Shown: positions 40,780 to 55,024, numbered from the stretch's first letter. The stretch is 64,000 bases of DNA from Eukaryota sp. GEM-RC1 (GCA_040285855.1 JAUFOQ010000001.1:1612001-1676000); one strand, 5' to 3'. Program-made: numbers and translations. The notes: generated from the letters alone by a model not told the origin.

Positions 40780-41560
40780 AGTTGTGGGATTAACTTAGAA
40801 CACAGGTAAAGGCTCGTCTGCATCGGTTAGGTTCAACATTGAAATGGCAAAGTTTGAGGAAAAATGAATTGACTTTGATTCAATATTCAGTAATGAAGAA
40901 GGTCATGAATGATCACAGAGCACGCTGCTGCAGGGTCAAATCCACCAATCACTGGAACTCAGTTCAACAACAATCAAAAGACTAAAACCCCGTTACCTTT
41001 AAGTTGGATCCTTAGGTACTGAAACTATAAATCGTTTTAGATGTACCATCCTTATGTTCATGTGTGTTGAGAATTGCCGGGCGGAAAACAAATTTATCTG
41101 ATGTGATGGTATTATCTGTTCTAATTTGGAAGACTTAAATATATTCATTCTTGAAAATTTAGAAATATGATTCACATCATCAGACCTACACGTTCTGGAC
41201 TTCCAATCGTCACTACGGACACTGGTTTTGGGTCGCGACCTACAGTCTTTTCCATATTGACGTTTGCTGTCACGACGTAACAGACCAGATCATCTGAGAG
41301 AGTTTCGATCTCGTTCAGTTCTGGGTGACTAGACTTCTTTTCTTTTAGAATCGCTACTCAATTCCGACAATAGACGTTAGTTTTCAGTCCACCAACGACA
41401 TCCTAATCAGGACAGTAGAACTTGTCCCCAACGCTATAAGCAGTAAATACCAAGTGAGTGGAAATAGAATCTCATGTGAGCACGCATATCCAAGCAAGAG
41501 CAAACTTCCTGAAGCAAACTATTAGAGAGTCTTTTCGTTCCCCACAATGAAAAACTTGAC
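40780..41560 (-). pseudogene. Possible gag-protease remnant
   Basis: Arg/Ser-rich stretch followed by VIGGFDPAAACSVI (D.GA-like). Confidence 0.35.
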
Positions 41561-41703
41561 TCACTGTCAAAGTATGTGATTCACATTACGGGTAATATTC
41601 TGACAGAACCTGACAGACTTATGTTCGAAATAGACTCAACAGCTAAACACATCTTTATTCCTAAACATTTTGTGATCCAAACATATGGACAGAGTTCAAC
41701 ACC

Positions 41704-42850
41704 TACATTATGCACCACATATTCTATTTTATTTCTAAAATACGCAACTCACTGATTTTATATTTGTCAATGGAACAATTTTCATGGTCGACGGGATCAG
41801 AAGTGATCCAGGATTTAATACATCCAGTTTCAATCAGTCCACGGACCTTTCTCTGGCCCACTAGTACATCTAGTTCGAGGACTTTTCAGAGACTTGAAAA
41901 AGGCCTTTGGCGGAAGCTCGTGAATACTTGGGGCTATCTGAATCCGAGTCGGACAAGAGAGAGCTGATATGAGCTTTTGGGGTGTTGATAGGCTGGGAGA
42001 CTTTGGCAGTATTGCGGTTTCTAGTGAAGTGGTTCTTCTGCATGGTAGGGTTTCTAGGATTTGCAGGACGTCTGGCAGGAGAGGATCTGCATTCATTGGC
42101 ATAATGTCCCATCTTGTTGCAGTTGTAGCAAGTAATAGAGCTCTTGTTAGGGGAATTAGGATTGGAGCGGGGAGTTGTAAATCGAGAAGTAACTGGCGGG
42201 AGAAGAAACGTTGCTACGTGGCCCTGTCAAACATCTTGGAACAATTTCTAGTCAATCTGTCCATAAGAACACTCTTGAGAATTCGGCAGATAGGCCTATT
42301 GCATTGATCAGTCGCTTCTTCCGTCCTATGCCTACATTCTTTGAAATAAGCCTCTATGGGATTCATATCATGACAGTACGGGGGCAATATCATTGATGAA
42401 ACCCCAGCAGTAGCCAAACCCCGAGAAATGTGTTTGTGATGATGTATTCTACAAACATCCATGATCAAAAGAGATCTATCCATACCATGAGTACCAAATA
42501 GGCATTTTCTAAGTAAATCAATCAAATAATCTACAAATTCGACACGCGAAAAATGGCCTTGCTTACTGTGACAAGCTAGGAAACCGTCAACACTTATAAA
42601 AACAATGAACGACAACTGGCGTTTTTTGAAATTATTTGGTCTTATAGCATGTACTGGTTCACCTTATGGTGATTTTCCATACTTTCTTGACACATGTTCC
42701 AATCTAAATGAGCTCATCACTGAGGATGGAGCTCCTTCAGCTCATCAATTGTGACGATCCCTCTAGATTGGACCTCTCTTGCTTTCAATGATTTCTATAC
42801 TGGGCGGTCAAAACGATCACTACCTGTATCTTAATTGAGAAAACAACGTT
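41704..42850 (-). mobile_element. Tc1/IS630 DD34E transposase remnant joined to gag CCHC and protease, copy 2 (inverted)
   Basis: LLIMD-x34-E (LPPYCHDMNPIE) in ORF 42214-42615; CYNCNKMGHYANEC at ~42088-42129. Confidence 0.88.
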
Positions 42851-43429
42851 GGTTGCAGATGGACTGCGGTTCTTCTTTACCCATCTTTTGATTGTGCTGG
42901 GACTTACACTGAAATTTTTGTTATTCCCAGACATAAAACAAAGTTGAAATTCTGAGTCAGGATACAGCTGAACCTCCTGTTGCTCTAAAATGGAATAGAA
43001 GTGGTTTCCGAACGCCCAGTGCTACAAATTAAAGTAAGAAATTTAGGTTTAAATTTGTACCACAAATATATTTAACAATATAGTTAGATTTTATAGCTGA
43101 AATTTGATAACTTTATGCAGTATAAACTGAATATGGTTTGTATTTTTCAATTCAATTTTAAGTATATCCGAAATGTTGTTTTGTGAAATGAGCCTAAATT
43201 AATTTTACCCTTAATTTTTTTTTTGAAGTTTTAAACAACTCTGGCACACAGTTAGAATCAGTGGCTAATTCTTATCTGATCATACAATCATTCTTGTTTT
43301 TGTTTTATTCATACTTGTCAAATACATTACTAGTGAAAATCAGTACACAAAAATAAAAAATTTCATCCTAAGTTTGGTTTATCGAAACTAATCATCAAAA
43401 TTAATTTCATAGTCAGACTGGTAGTGGTG

Positions 43430-43960
43430 ATGTCCATCGTCCTCCATCTCTTTATCATGGTGAATCACGTCATCACATAAGGCTTTGGAGACGACATTGT
43501 CAGCTACAACTGTGGCAGATGGCCAAGGGTTCATCCTGTCAGTTTCCAATTCTGCAGGTACGACGATAGAGACGTCATCAGTTAATGGAGAGGTTAACCG
43601 TTTTGATTACAGTTCTGGAAAAACATTCATGGCGGTCTGGCATAGAGTCAACTCGGTTTGGCGGTAGACCTCTACCTCCCACGGCTCTTGGGAGGTAGCC
43701 AAACGGTGTAGTTGTGCTACAGTGTTTGTTGTGTGATTCACAAACACGCAGTGTACACTCCATCCGTACACTAGCGCTGCACCGGCAACCACTTCCCTTT
43801 TGCCTTTCATGCGGAAGTCTCGCTCAGATCGTTTGGCTATATCATGTGGTTCGAGGCTACCACGGTATTTCGGTAACAAAGCCAGTGTTTTCTTCACCGT
43901 ACTCATTGAACGCCTCTTTCTTGTCCCGTTGGAAGACATTGTGTGAAGGAAAATCAAAGT
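43430..43960 (-). pseudogene. Possible hAT-like transposase remnant
   Basis: ALVYGWS (DGWS-like) and VVADNVVSKAL (DN motif); weak. Confidence 0.3.
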
Positions 43961-44399
43961 TATAGTGGCGGGAAATGTGTGGTCTTAATACACTGAGTTT
44001 GATTTCTCACATTTCAAAACCACTCCTGAGTGGTTTCGACTGCATCTCAACGGATAAACAACACTTTCAGCCAAAACTTCCCTGTATATTGTACTCAATC
44101 TTGTCCATCAGGATCGTCTACCATTAAATTGAATTGTGTTCAAATGCCGTTCTTTCTCGCAGTTTTACGGTATTTTGGAAGTATTTTATGGAGGTTTTAT
44201 ACCCCATCAAAGGTTTCGGTTATGTAATTGTATTTATTGGAAATTGTAATAAGAAGAGGAAATAGTCATGGATTATTTAATTACCTATTGCAAGACTTTC
44301 AACAATATACATGAAATCTATAATTGTTTTTAGTATTAATACAACAATATCAATTTTTTATGCAATTCACTGAATGAAGCTCCATACGTCAATTTAAAA

Positions 44400-44670
44400 A
44401 CATGAAAGATCTGAGCGAAATATCAAACATTCAATGTCATCACAAAGCGTTTGCGAAAGTCAGAACCCAATTTATCTGAAAGCCACCGATCTCTCAAAGT
44501 AATTCATCAAATGTATCCTGATATGAACCAGTACACAGAACTAGGCAGTCATATCGTCCATAAACCAGAAATGAAACGTGCAGTTGGGAAGGTATTGCAA
44601 GAGCGAGAGACTGAATTGACCACTGAAGAAGTAAATGCAATAAGTCTGTTGGTGAAGATTAGTTGAAACA
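44400..44670 (+). pseudogene. hAT-like transposase C-terminal remnant
   Basis: YPDM..Y....SHIVHKPEMKRAVGKV....LTTEE resembles the IVH.P.FE.AVVKV motif of protist/oomycete hAT-like transposases. Confidence 0.45.
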
Positions 44671-46922
44671 ATGATGCAAATCAGAATCATGAAAATGCTG
44701 TTGTCTTACTACAACATCAACTATCCGGCATTCAAAGCAACGGAAAAATAATCGAATTACCTTTAATTTCCTTAGTTTTATCATAAATGGTCTGAGTTAG
44801 GGTGTAAACAACGTCCACTGGAGGACTATACATGCGACCTGTATATCTGACTACCATCAAAGGACTATAGCCCTTGGTATAGTGTACAAAAGTTATTGTA
44901 ATTCAAGATATGAATGGCAATTACGTACAACATTAATGTAAGTTACCAATATAATATTAGCTTTCACATGGCTACATCTCCTCTATCCCAAGAACTTCAA
45001 ATTTTCTGCTATTCATCAACTCCCGATTTAAAACAACCTAAGAGAAATAGATCCCACATGGTCTTAGAACCAGCTAGATGGTCACGTCACTTATGATATC
45101 TACTTAAGATATGGGTCTATCAAAAGATCGTATAACTCTTTTTATGTTGACGTTAAGAAAGTATACCTTAGACTGATTAAGGACCCCACTTCACAAAATA
45201 ACGGACTATTAAATAATTAAAATATTGCATTATTTCTGAAAAGAAGAAACAAGAACTTCTTGCTGGATAAATTGGAAGCCTCTCAGTTCTGGTGCAATTC
45301 TATACAGAAATGGTTAATGGATCAAGACCTACTTTTTGTCGGAATTACTTCCGAGCTAAAAAAAACAGCAGTACAACTCGTATGTTAAGATTAAGATGGG
45401 AGAAGAACGAAAGTTTATTAGTGTTCGTGACTTGGAAGAAGTACAACCAGCTCGTTGCCAAAGGATGTGACACAGGTTCTAAAGCGTATTCTTCAAGCCA
45501 CAGTAAATGTTATTGAAATAACATTTAATTCAATCAGTTTTGGGATAGGAAAAACAGTGACTTACAGGTGTTATAGTTAATCAGAAGCGTTTCCCCGGAG
45601 TTGGAACGTCTGCCACATGAAATACTGAATTTGGACCATTTATTTCTCTTGACATGACAAATGTTGTAAAGTCAACTTATGTTTTCAAAGGTGGTAGAGG
45701 TTTAGAAAATGTTTACTTCAAATTGTTTCAAAAGGCAATACCTAATTTAATTTATCACCAACTGAATTCAAAACTTACTTCAACCAATTCAAAAATATCC
45801 TAAAAATATCACCGGTTAGTCCTGAACGGGAGAGGGAGTTTACTTTGCTTGCTCAAAATATTAAGACTTTCAAGTTATGGATGGATGATAGAAAACACAA
45901 CATTCTGGTTGAAGATTTGCTGAACAAAATTGCGATGTTGTCCGAATTGAAGAATTATTTTTTTGATGAAGCAATTCAGCTTGTTTTAGACCGCCCTCCG
46001 ATTAAAGTCGTAAAAAAAGCATTGGATAAGGTTTTCAGAGATTATGAAAACATTCAATTAATTAAAATTTGTTCTAAACGAAATCAAAAAGCAACTGTGA
46101 GGGGGAACCACCTTCTTGAAGCATTTGCTTCTACGTGAATTTGAAGATTTTGGAAGAATCGTTGTCCATCTAAGCACTTTTATCTTATGTTTATAGCTGT
46201 TACATGGATGGCTGAAATCCAACTGAACATTATATAGCAGTAAAGAACTGTTGAAATGTGAATTTTACACATTCTATTCTCTGCCTTAATGCCACCTACT
46301 ACCAACAAAAACTTCCCCGAAAGCTGTAATCCGACTGCCATCGAACTACTGGGCCTCCTCAAGTATTGGGCGATGAATTTCGTTACAAAGGATTCTGGTG
46401 ACAGAAGTCCGAGTTGTCTCTGAAACACAGAAGTTCTCACAGATAGTGATGGAAAAGGATGTTGGACCATGCGGACTCTCAACCTGTATCAAAAACTCCT
46501 CTTACTGCTGAGAGCATAACACGGACCATGGTAGAATACCAGCGCGAAGTTGGTATTCCGGTTGATCAGATAACCAAGGCTCTGATGGATCCACAACGAT
46601 TATGTTTGTGTTTTGAACTAAATCATTGGGATGGGATGCAGGTATCATCCAAATATTTCGATCTCTCAAAATGTCAGAAATTGATTTTTATTACAGGAAA
46701 AGGATCTATTGTTACACTGTATTGGCAAGTAACAGTTGCTCCTACTAGTTCTACTGCTCTTGCTTCTACTCCTACTGATTCTTGTACTGACAATGTTAAT
46801 GAACAAGAATTCGAAAAGAAATCCAACTTGCATTGAGCATGGTTTGCTCTGCAAATTCACATTAAATATATGAAAAGTAAATTTGTTAAGGAATAACTTC
46901 CTTCCAAAAATTGATAACCTGA

Positions 46923-47618
46923 TTGAAATTCTGAGTGGGGAAATTCCTTCCCACACTGAATAGAATTTCAAACAATAATGAACTAAAAACACAATAAAAT
47001 TTTGAGTCATTCATTTAGACTTAAATTCATGAAGATCCATGATTCAAAGCTGATACTTTGCAAGAAAAATTCTGAGAAGTGAAGATGAATTGCTTGTGAC
47101 ACGAGAAATTAACGAAAAGTTGTTGTGTTAGCAAGCTAAATGTAGCAGCATCTAAACAACAACCATAAGTATTGGTGGGCTGTAAATTACTTAGACAGGA
47201 ATTAAACATGGAGAGAATCCATTTTAGAGTAAAATTGCTTCAGTTTCATGAAGAGCCCACAGAAAGATCTGCATGATCAATCAAAATCTGAATATCGATT
47301 TGATACCAATTTAATACATAGCTAGCAGCTGAGAAAACTGGAAGAAGCTTGGAAGGACGCGTAACAGCCAAACTGTTATTGACTCTAGAAAACCTCTGGA
47401 GTCTGGAATACCAGACGATCTGATGATAAGGATCACAACGTAAATAAATGAAGAATAGAGAAAAGAAACGCACAATTGAATAAAGAGAGTTGAGGGAGAT
47501 GACAAAGTGACCAAAAGCAAGTTACTAGACTTCTTAAGGATATAGGTCAAAATTCAAGGAGAAATCTCACGAATCGTGTTGACTCAACAGGATTTCTGTT
47601 GTTACTCAGCAACACGTC
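46923..47618 (-). repeat. Two-part dispersed module, copy 4
   Basis: Reverse motif B ~46923-46970, reverse motif A ~47510-47618. Confidence 0.88.
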
Positions 47619-49104
47619 ATGTTCAACAATATTTGTACTGAAGAGCTTTTGCTATGAACAATCTACCTATCATTGAGTCTTTGTCATTTCATGTACCACA
47701 GCTTGATATTCCTGTACTTCTTGGGTTGTTCTTTTGATACTCTCCAATTGTTCTTGAGCCCAACAATTTCCTCCGCATCTACACATTTGTTCGCCCTCAA
47801 TGAAACTATTCATGTTCTCTAGTTCATCTGTCTGGTAGAGGAATATGCATCTGAGGCTATTTTCGTTGCGCTCCATGTTATTATTCTCCACGTCAGCTTG
47901 TGAACTCATACAGAGTGACATTGACTTCTTGTCATGACCATGTCTGTTACATGAAAGTTTCGTAAAGAATCCATAACTTGCTGAAGTCCTCAAGTCCCTT
48001 TTATATCTCTAGTTTATAGAAGCGTAAAGAGGATTCAATACTCTGTCCAATGCAGTTTTGTCTATATGAGATAGGTTATGATGGTAAACATGGATATCTT
48101 TGCCTTTGTTTAAATAAATAACAGACCACTTTGATACAAACTGAAATACAACAACAATGGTATACACCAAAACACCAATATATGTCTTGACAAGTGGCTA
48201 AGTTTATATGAAGGAAACGAAACTGACATTCAAAGTTTCAACGAACACTTCCATGTTCAATGTGGCTTGTAGGTACTTCATGTTGGAAGATAGTCATATA
48301 TTTGCATAAATTGGTACACGATGATGGACTTAGAGTTTACAACGTGGTTGTATTACTGAAGAACTCAGCTTTTACTGTTCGTTTTGCGATTCTAAGCAGT
48401 TGTGACGTGGGCGAAATCAGGCAGTTTGCAATAAAGAAGATGTGTTATCATTGCATCAAACGTCCCCCGGGTTGAGGAACTCTCACTAAACTCAAAGACC
48501 ATATGTGTTTATGAAGTTCACGTAAAGATCAATGACAGAGATCACACTCAATGAGTTTCTCTTTGGGTTATATCCAAAGCGTTCAGAAGACATGGACACA
48601 TGAAAAAAATGTTATGTATAAGCTAATGAAGAAGTTATCTTGAATGGACGCCAAAAGTGGTGTTTTGGTGGAAGAGTCAGTTTGATGTTTCTAAAGATGA
48701 AGCATTGAGCCAAAATTGTGCACTCCTCAGAATATCCACATTAATGACTCAGCCTATCAGAATCTATACTCCATGAACCTTCTTCCAAGTACATCCGTTT
48801 CCAACTGTCCTTGTTGATTCAAATCATCTTACTACCTGTTTTTGGACGAACCATCATCAATCTATTTTTACTATATTGATCCCACTCCGTTGATGCTTCT
48901 CTCGCATCAGAGCTCAAAAGAGTAATACTACCTTGGTACTATCAATGATGACGATACTTATCGAAAACCACGCTACCGGATTTCCACAGCCACTCCGACA
49001 CAATGCTCAATCTTCTGCCATAACCGTGACTAAAATTGATCTGGCGGTAGCTTCCTCCCCTCTTTTCTCAGTGTCTAGTCTTAAACCGCTTGTATATCAT
49101 CTAT

Positions 49105-49325
49105 CCTTCAAATCACCAATGACAGTCACTTCATCCGTCGTGAAACTGACGTCGTTTTTCCCGCTTCCAGAACTAAGATCGATCTAACCCTAACCCAAGA
49201 AGAAGAAGTTGGTGACGGAACAACCTCAGTCATGATCCTCGCTTCTGAACTCCTTGCCTACGCTAAACCTCTCTTCAACAGTCACCCACCATCATCGTTG
49301 AAGACTACAACAAGCTTGTCTACCA
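49105..49325 (+). pseudogene. CCT3: CCT gamma (TCP-1 chaperonin) N-terminal fragment, copy C
   Basis: ITND..RRETD..TQEEEVGDGTTSVMILASELL; GDGTTS is the chaperonin ATP-binding motif and TQDEEVGDGTTSV is CCT3-type. Confidence 0.8.
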
Positions 49326-50948
49326 GTGTTAATCACATGACTACTTTCATTTCACACCTTTTTGTTGTTAACCTTTTGTTTTTCCTTCCCTCTAGATACT
49401 TATGGGTGCTACCATTGAACTTCGTCTGTCAAGGACTGATATATGACATCTCAGACTTGAATACTTGCGAGGATTGTACAGTGCCTGTTATTTATACCCT
49501 TGTTGTCATAATCAACACTCACTCTGATGACGTGATTGAATGATGTTGTTTTAACATCTCGTGATTTTCGAATTGTTTGAACTTGAGATGGCTGAGCATA
49601 ATTTGTCATTTGATTTGGGAGTGTACAAATGCATCTTGTCTTCATCTTTCCTTTCTGTCAGTTGCTTAATAAGTCGAACCAATCATTTGCTATTCAATAA
49701 ATTCCAAAAAGATCACGTCTTTATCTTACAACTATTCATACCACGTGTCAATTTGGTTTTTGGACACAGAATAGGACCTGTTTGTGGGAGTTATGGATAA
49801 CATAATGTGAGAGGGTTTGAAAGCAATGTGAATGGTAGAGTGAAATTGATTTGAAAAGGAAGTCGCTGACATAGCTTTTGATATACTTATTTACATGAAG
49901 CAACAAGAAAGAATTTTCAAACTTAGCTAAGTCTTGTTGTGGTTAAAAAGTTTGTTATCGGCTCGATATTATGTATAGTCCTCCAGTTGACACTGTTCCC
50001 ATCCTAAGTCAGACTATTTATGATGAAACCAAGGAAATTTACGTTAATATGATTGTTGTAATTTAGTAAACACATGATGTCATCATACACCCTAAAATGA
50101 CGAGAACAATTGAGAATCGTCATGTTTAATTAAATATCTTTATGTTCTAATCCCAAATCATGATAGTGAGAGCAAATTTCGTTATTCATTTGGTTATTTG
50201 TAATATTTACTTGAATAATGACAATGACAACAATGTCATTTCAAAGACTAAGTTATCAGTCCGAATTTCTAGGAGTTTGACTGATGCTTCCTTAGCATCA
50301 ATCACTTCTTCAATCAATTCATATATTGTATTATTTTCCTTTTGCGACTGATCATCATTATCAATTGTTGCACTAGGGTTAGTAAAAAGCTGACAGATCT
50401 TAAATGGAATAGCGGTGGTTGTCACAGTTGGGTCTTCAGCATATAGGCTAGACCAGCTAGCCCATGCTGTGTCAGAAGCATCAATAGAGAAATTTTCTTG
50501 TTGCAAGTGTTCGACGTTTACTGACCGAGCTTCTGCTTTGTCTGTTGTTTTTAGATATTGGTTATACTCTTTCGAAGTCACATTATCTGCTGCGACTTTC
50601 ACAGAGAACGCAGAAACTTTTCTATTTTTAGGAGTAGAAGACAATCAGGCGTTGACCCACTTTTTGATTGTAGTTCGATCAACCCTTTCAAAATTCCATC
50701 CTGTACCGTAGGAGAAAAGGAATTGGTAATCTGCTTGAGGGTGAGACTTGACTTCAGAAGCAGTACGTGCGAATACCAAATCGTGTTGTCAACAACGTAG
50801 AACAATCCACAGCAATATCAAATCGGCATGACGATATGACATTGGTCCCAAATCTTGTTGCTGCTGGTTTCAGAAGTTCTACATTACTACATTTTCCACG
50901 TCATCATAATATGCCACATCATCATAAGGTGGAATGCTTAACCTAACA

Positions 50949-51156
50949 TTGCCCTTCTCTCTCTCTTCTTCGCCTTTTTTACAGCAGCTTTTAAGCGATT
51001 TTCTTGAATATATCGTTTAAAATGTCCGACATGTTCAAGATGTTGCACAGGTTCCCATGTAATACAACCATCTTTCCAAAGCACCTTGAACAACAGACTT
51101 TCATCTATTATGGCATGGCTTTGAATGACATCAACAACAAACTCTTCATTGTCGAG
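50949..51156 (-). mobile_element. Chromodomain (integrase C-terminus) plus polypurine tract of a chromovirus-like element
   Basis: EEFVVDVIQSH..LLFKVLWKDGCITWEPVQHL, then GAAGAAGAGAGAGAAGGGCAA immediately before TGTTAG. Confidence 0.8.
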
Positions 51157-51479
51157 AGCAGCAAGCTAAGGGTTGAGCAAGTTTCCGAATTTTTTGACGA
51201 GTGTTCTCTACCTGAAGAAGTCCAGCTTGGACAACAATATAAAGAATATTAAGAAGTGAAAACCAACGGGCTTTAATTTCTGTAAGATAGAGGAAAGGAT
51301 CTTCTAAGACAGTTGACAGTATTAAGAACACTTCGGTAGGAGAGAAAAGTTGACGGGTGTTGGGAGAAGTTGCTTCTTCCGTAAATTTGTTACATAATTA
51401 TATTGTTACACAAACTACTCTTCTTAACCGTTGTTTGAGATGCATGAGTTGACATAATCACCTTTGTATTCCTTCTGCA

Positions 51480-51885
51480 CAAAAGAACAACTAGTTGATA
51501 CCTAAAACTTTCGCCTTCACCCCAAAATTTAGCTTTCAAAAATGCTTTGTCAACTTCAAGTATTATCGATTTCAGCCAAGAATATTTCCGAGTCGCATCC
51601 TTTTCTACAGTACAGAAGGGTTTCTGTTCTGTTACAATCCAGTCCAACCAATTATAAATTGAAGCAGCTTTGTCAGTGGATTGCTGGATGACGAACGATG
51701 TTGTCAAAGACTGGGAGTCGTCGCTAATTAGCAATTCGGTCCAGTTCTTGTGGTTCTTCAGAACATGAATTTTCAAGTTCAGAAAACCAGTATCAGATGT
51801 AAATCACACGGTCATTGGCTCAATCTCGGAGTTGTTTTCGTCTAAGATGAGGTGAGGACAAATATTGCAGTAATATGCCATCTTG
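51480..51885 (-). pseudogene. BED-finger hAT-like transposase N-terminal fragment (second copy 62683-63072)
   Basis: YC..C..GF.NLK.HV...H, then IY.WLDWIV..QKPF..VE. Confidence 0.7.
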
Positions 51886-51911
51886 CCCTCTTTGCCAAAC
51901 CTTAAAGGAGA

Positions 51912-52150
51912 TTGGAGATTATCGACAGTAAAAAACTGGTCCGCAAATTCTTTGCCGTCGAGTTAGTTAATCCCGGCGCAATGAATTCCTTGGGTACATT
52001 GTACGAACAAAGAGTCTCTGTTGAAAAAGACATCGACAAAGCCGTTAGATATGATAAAATGGCTGCTGATCGGGGAAATTCTTGTGCCGAAAGTAATCTG
52101 TATTACAATGGAATTGGTGTTGAAGTAGATTATCGGAAAGCTTATATAAC
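51912..52150 (+). pseudogene. SEL1-like repeat fragment (second copy ~63103-63340)
   Basis: AMNSLGTLYE..VEKDIDKAVRY..AADRG and YYNGIGVEVDYRKA. Confidence 0.8.
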
Positions 52151-53599
52151 AACTTCTACAATTGAATTCTTCGGAATTTTTGTTGTTCTTGATTTGATAC
52201 CATGTATGTCGAATAAATCACTCTTCGTATTGCGCTTGTAAGTTAGTAATTTTACAATCGCATAATTTACCACCGTCAGCAGTAATTAGTTTCACTGAGA
52301 GTAATTTTGTATTTTGGCCTAATTTTGTCGATCGAAAGCGTGTCTAGTTACAACAAAAGCCAACCGATGTCCATAATGTCTTTCATCGCAGTTAAGTTTA
52401 CCGTCTAAAAGTCGACAATCAAGGCGCAACACACACTCAGTTTTTTTTAGCAACATCAGCGTTTAGAGATTGGGGCTGATGGATTTAATGCAGAAGAGCG
52501 AAATCTGCCGTTTGGTTTTGGATACTTGGCTTGTTTTCATATTCTTGTCACGAATTAAATTGATATGGAAAGGGCTAGTAATATCGAGTTTCAATGAAAT
52601 ACATCTGATTGGTCACACGGTTCGTCATTAATTTCTTGAATTTTTCAGTAATTTCGCCGTATATTCAGTACACTTTTCATGTCGATTTTCCACCTTTTGG
52701 TGTGTAAATGGAATACATGTATATCAACACGGAACTTTCGTCATTTTTAATGGAACTTAGGAAACATGTAATTAATATGGTCTTTAGTCAATCAGTGAAT
52801 CTAAGATAATAAAAACTAGAATCAATCCTAAGCAACATCATTAGAATACAAATCATATTGACTTCAGAATCTACGAAAAAAGCAACTTCTCCCAACACCC
52901 ATCAACTCCGCTCTCCTGCCGAAGCTTCTTACATATTTGCAGCTGTCCAAAAGATTGTCTTCTATATCTTAAAGAAATTAAAGCACATCTTTTTCACTTA
53001 TATGAACGTGTTTGTTCCATATCGACCGTTCATCGATCACCTGTATCCGATGGCTTTTTTTAAACGAAGATGTTCTATGATACGGAAAGCTAAAGTTAAC
53101 TCATCCATAATTTCGAAAAGAGACTCTCTTTATTGTTAGGAATGATAATTATTAATCAGTTAGTATTTATTTTTATGAGATTAGTTTCCGGAAGGAACAC
53201 TTCAGTAGACTCTAATGTAGTAGTCTTAGAAATATTCTTGTAGTACTGAAAGCCAACTTGCTAACGTAGACCAAATCTCAATGGTTGTGGCAATTAGCCA
53301 AAATCGTTATCTCTACCACCACATTTAAGAAGGACATGTTCTCGCTTATAGTATGTCAATTGTGTCAATTACTCATCAATTTGGGTTATTTTAGAACGAT
53401 TGCTGGTGGTAGCCTAATTGTAGATGGATTTAATATTCATGTGTCTCCATTTATACATGATTTTTTTTAAAAAGTCTGTACTTTTCTATTATATATTAGC
53501 TCCTTTTCTTTGGAGGCATTCATGGCAAATGGTTAGGTCCATTGTGGGTGATTTAAAGTCAACTCGACTCTTCTCGTATCAACCTCTCAAACTTGGTCA

Positions 53600-55024
53600 C
53601 CAATAACACCAGCTACTCCTCTTCTATTTTCTGTAAGGAAGAAATTTTTAGGCAGTTTTCTTGATATTGGTGTGGGTAAAAAAGTATATTTGGACAAAGT
53701 ATCATGTTTTAGAATTAAAAAATATAATTTAACTACTGTAGAAGAAGCTATGATAGGAAATCAAAATGCAATCATTAAAATTCTATTTCTCCATAATGCC
53801 AACCTGTATGACAAAGTGATCGCACTTTTCCCGAACAATGACTTACCAGATCATTCAACTGCGGAACGTTACCGAACGACAAAATCGTAGTAGTAGAATC
53901 AAGACCTACTGGGACTGTCTTGAGGCTTGCCAAGAAGCACAATGTGCTTTGGAAACACGTTTCAAATTGAGCGTGATGAAGAATTCAAAAGTTTGAAGTG
54001 TTATGACGATTTCATTCTAGTTGTCGGCACTTATACAATCCGAAAGTTAGACTTGTATGAAAGGGAGCTGATTGGTGAACAACCTGTAATGGATCTTTGC
54101 TCCTGTCACCACGATGACAGAATTATAGATGCAGTGTATGTAAAACGTTATGACACAATAATGTACATCACTGAATTTGGGTTCTGCATTGGTTTCGGTT
54201 TGAAGCTACAATAGAAGCAAGTCCAGTTTATAATTGACTGTTTATGTGGTGATTTAGCTGTTCAATTACAAAAAATTGAGTTTTGTAATGATTTGGATTC
54301 TTTTATTATTCTGAAAAATGATGGCACACTTTTTATTCTTTCAGCTTTATCTGTGCTGTGTATTTTTGCTGCATATTTAGAAGTTCGTGATGTTCGTCAC
54401 TGAAATGCAAAAGAAATTAATCAAATTTTTGAACAACGATGTCTTGAACTACGTGCTTTTCATACACAGTTGACTCAAGAACCGTCTCAATCTATTTCTG
54501 AATCAGTCGTTGAGATTTCTGAGAATGAAGACCAAGCTTTTGTCCTCGTTGATACAGCACCAAAACTGCAATTCATCATTCGTGTCTCAACTGTGGATGA
54601 GAAAATCAACTACGTCAAGCATTTGATAAGTCAAGTCTCTGAAAAAGGTGCTAATTACAACTGATGTAAATTCACCGAGATTATATCAAAATCTCAGACG
54701 TGATCAGTCAGGTCCTTTTACCGTGGTTGAACTGACCGGGAAACAAAGTAAACGTTCGAAGGATTACAATCTCAGCCAATTCAAAAGGATGATAAGTCTG
54801 TTATAATGATTAGTAGTACTCAATTAGCAGTTAACAATGCTGTTGAGGCTGATCTATGTATAATCTTTGATCTACCAAGTGATGCCAAACTTGTTGCCAA
54901 ATTGTATGAACAAAATCAAAAAATCGTAATCTTTTACGATTCTATCAGTGATAAGGGCAAAAAACGAAATTTGGAGGTTCACTTCTTTACACCCTCAGGA
55001 TTGACAACACCTGAATTAATGTAG
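53600..55024 (+). pseudogene. Fragmented gene: beta-propeller-like stretch followed by an SF2 helicase C-terminal-like domain
   Basis: HHDDRIIDAV (WD-like); KLQF..DEK..L, and ISST..ADLCIIFDLPSD resembling the VINYDLP motif. Confidence 0.4.

Larger units (their letters stand above)
47505..52810 (+). repeat. Segmental direct repeat, copy 1 (copy 2 at ~59100-64000)
   Basis: Colinear match; ORFs 49232/60936, 49561/61265 and 50599/62306 translate identically. Confidence 0.95.
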
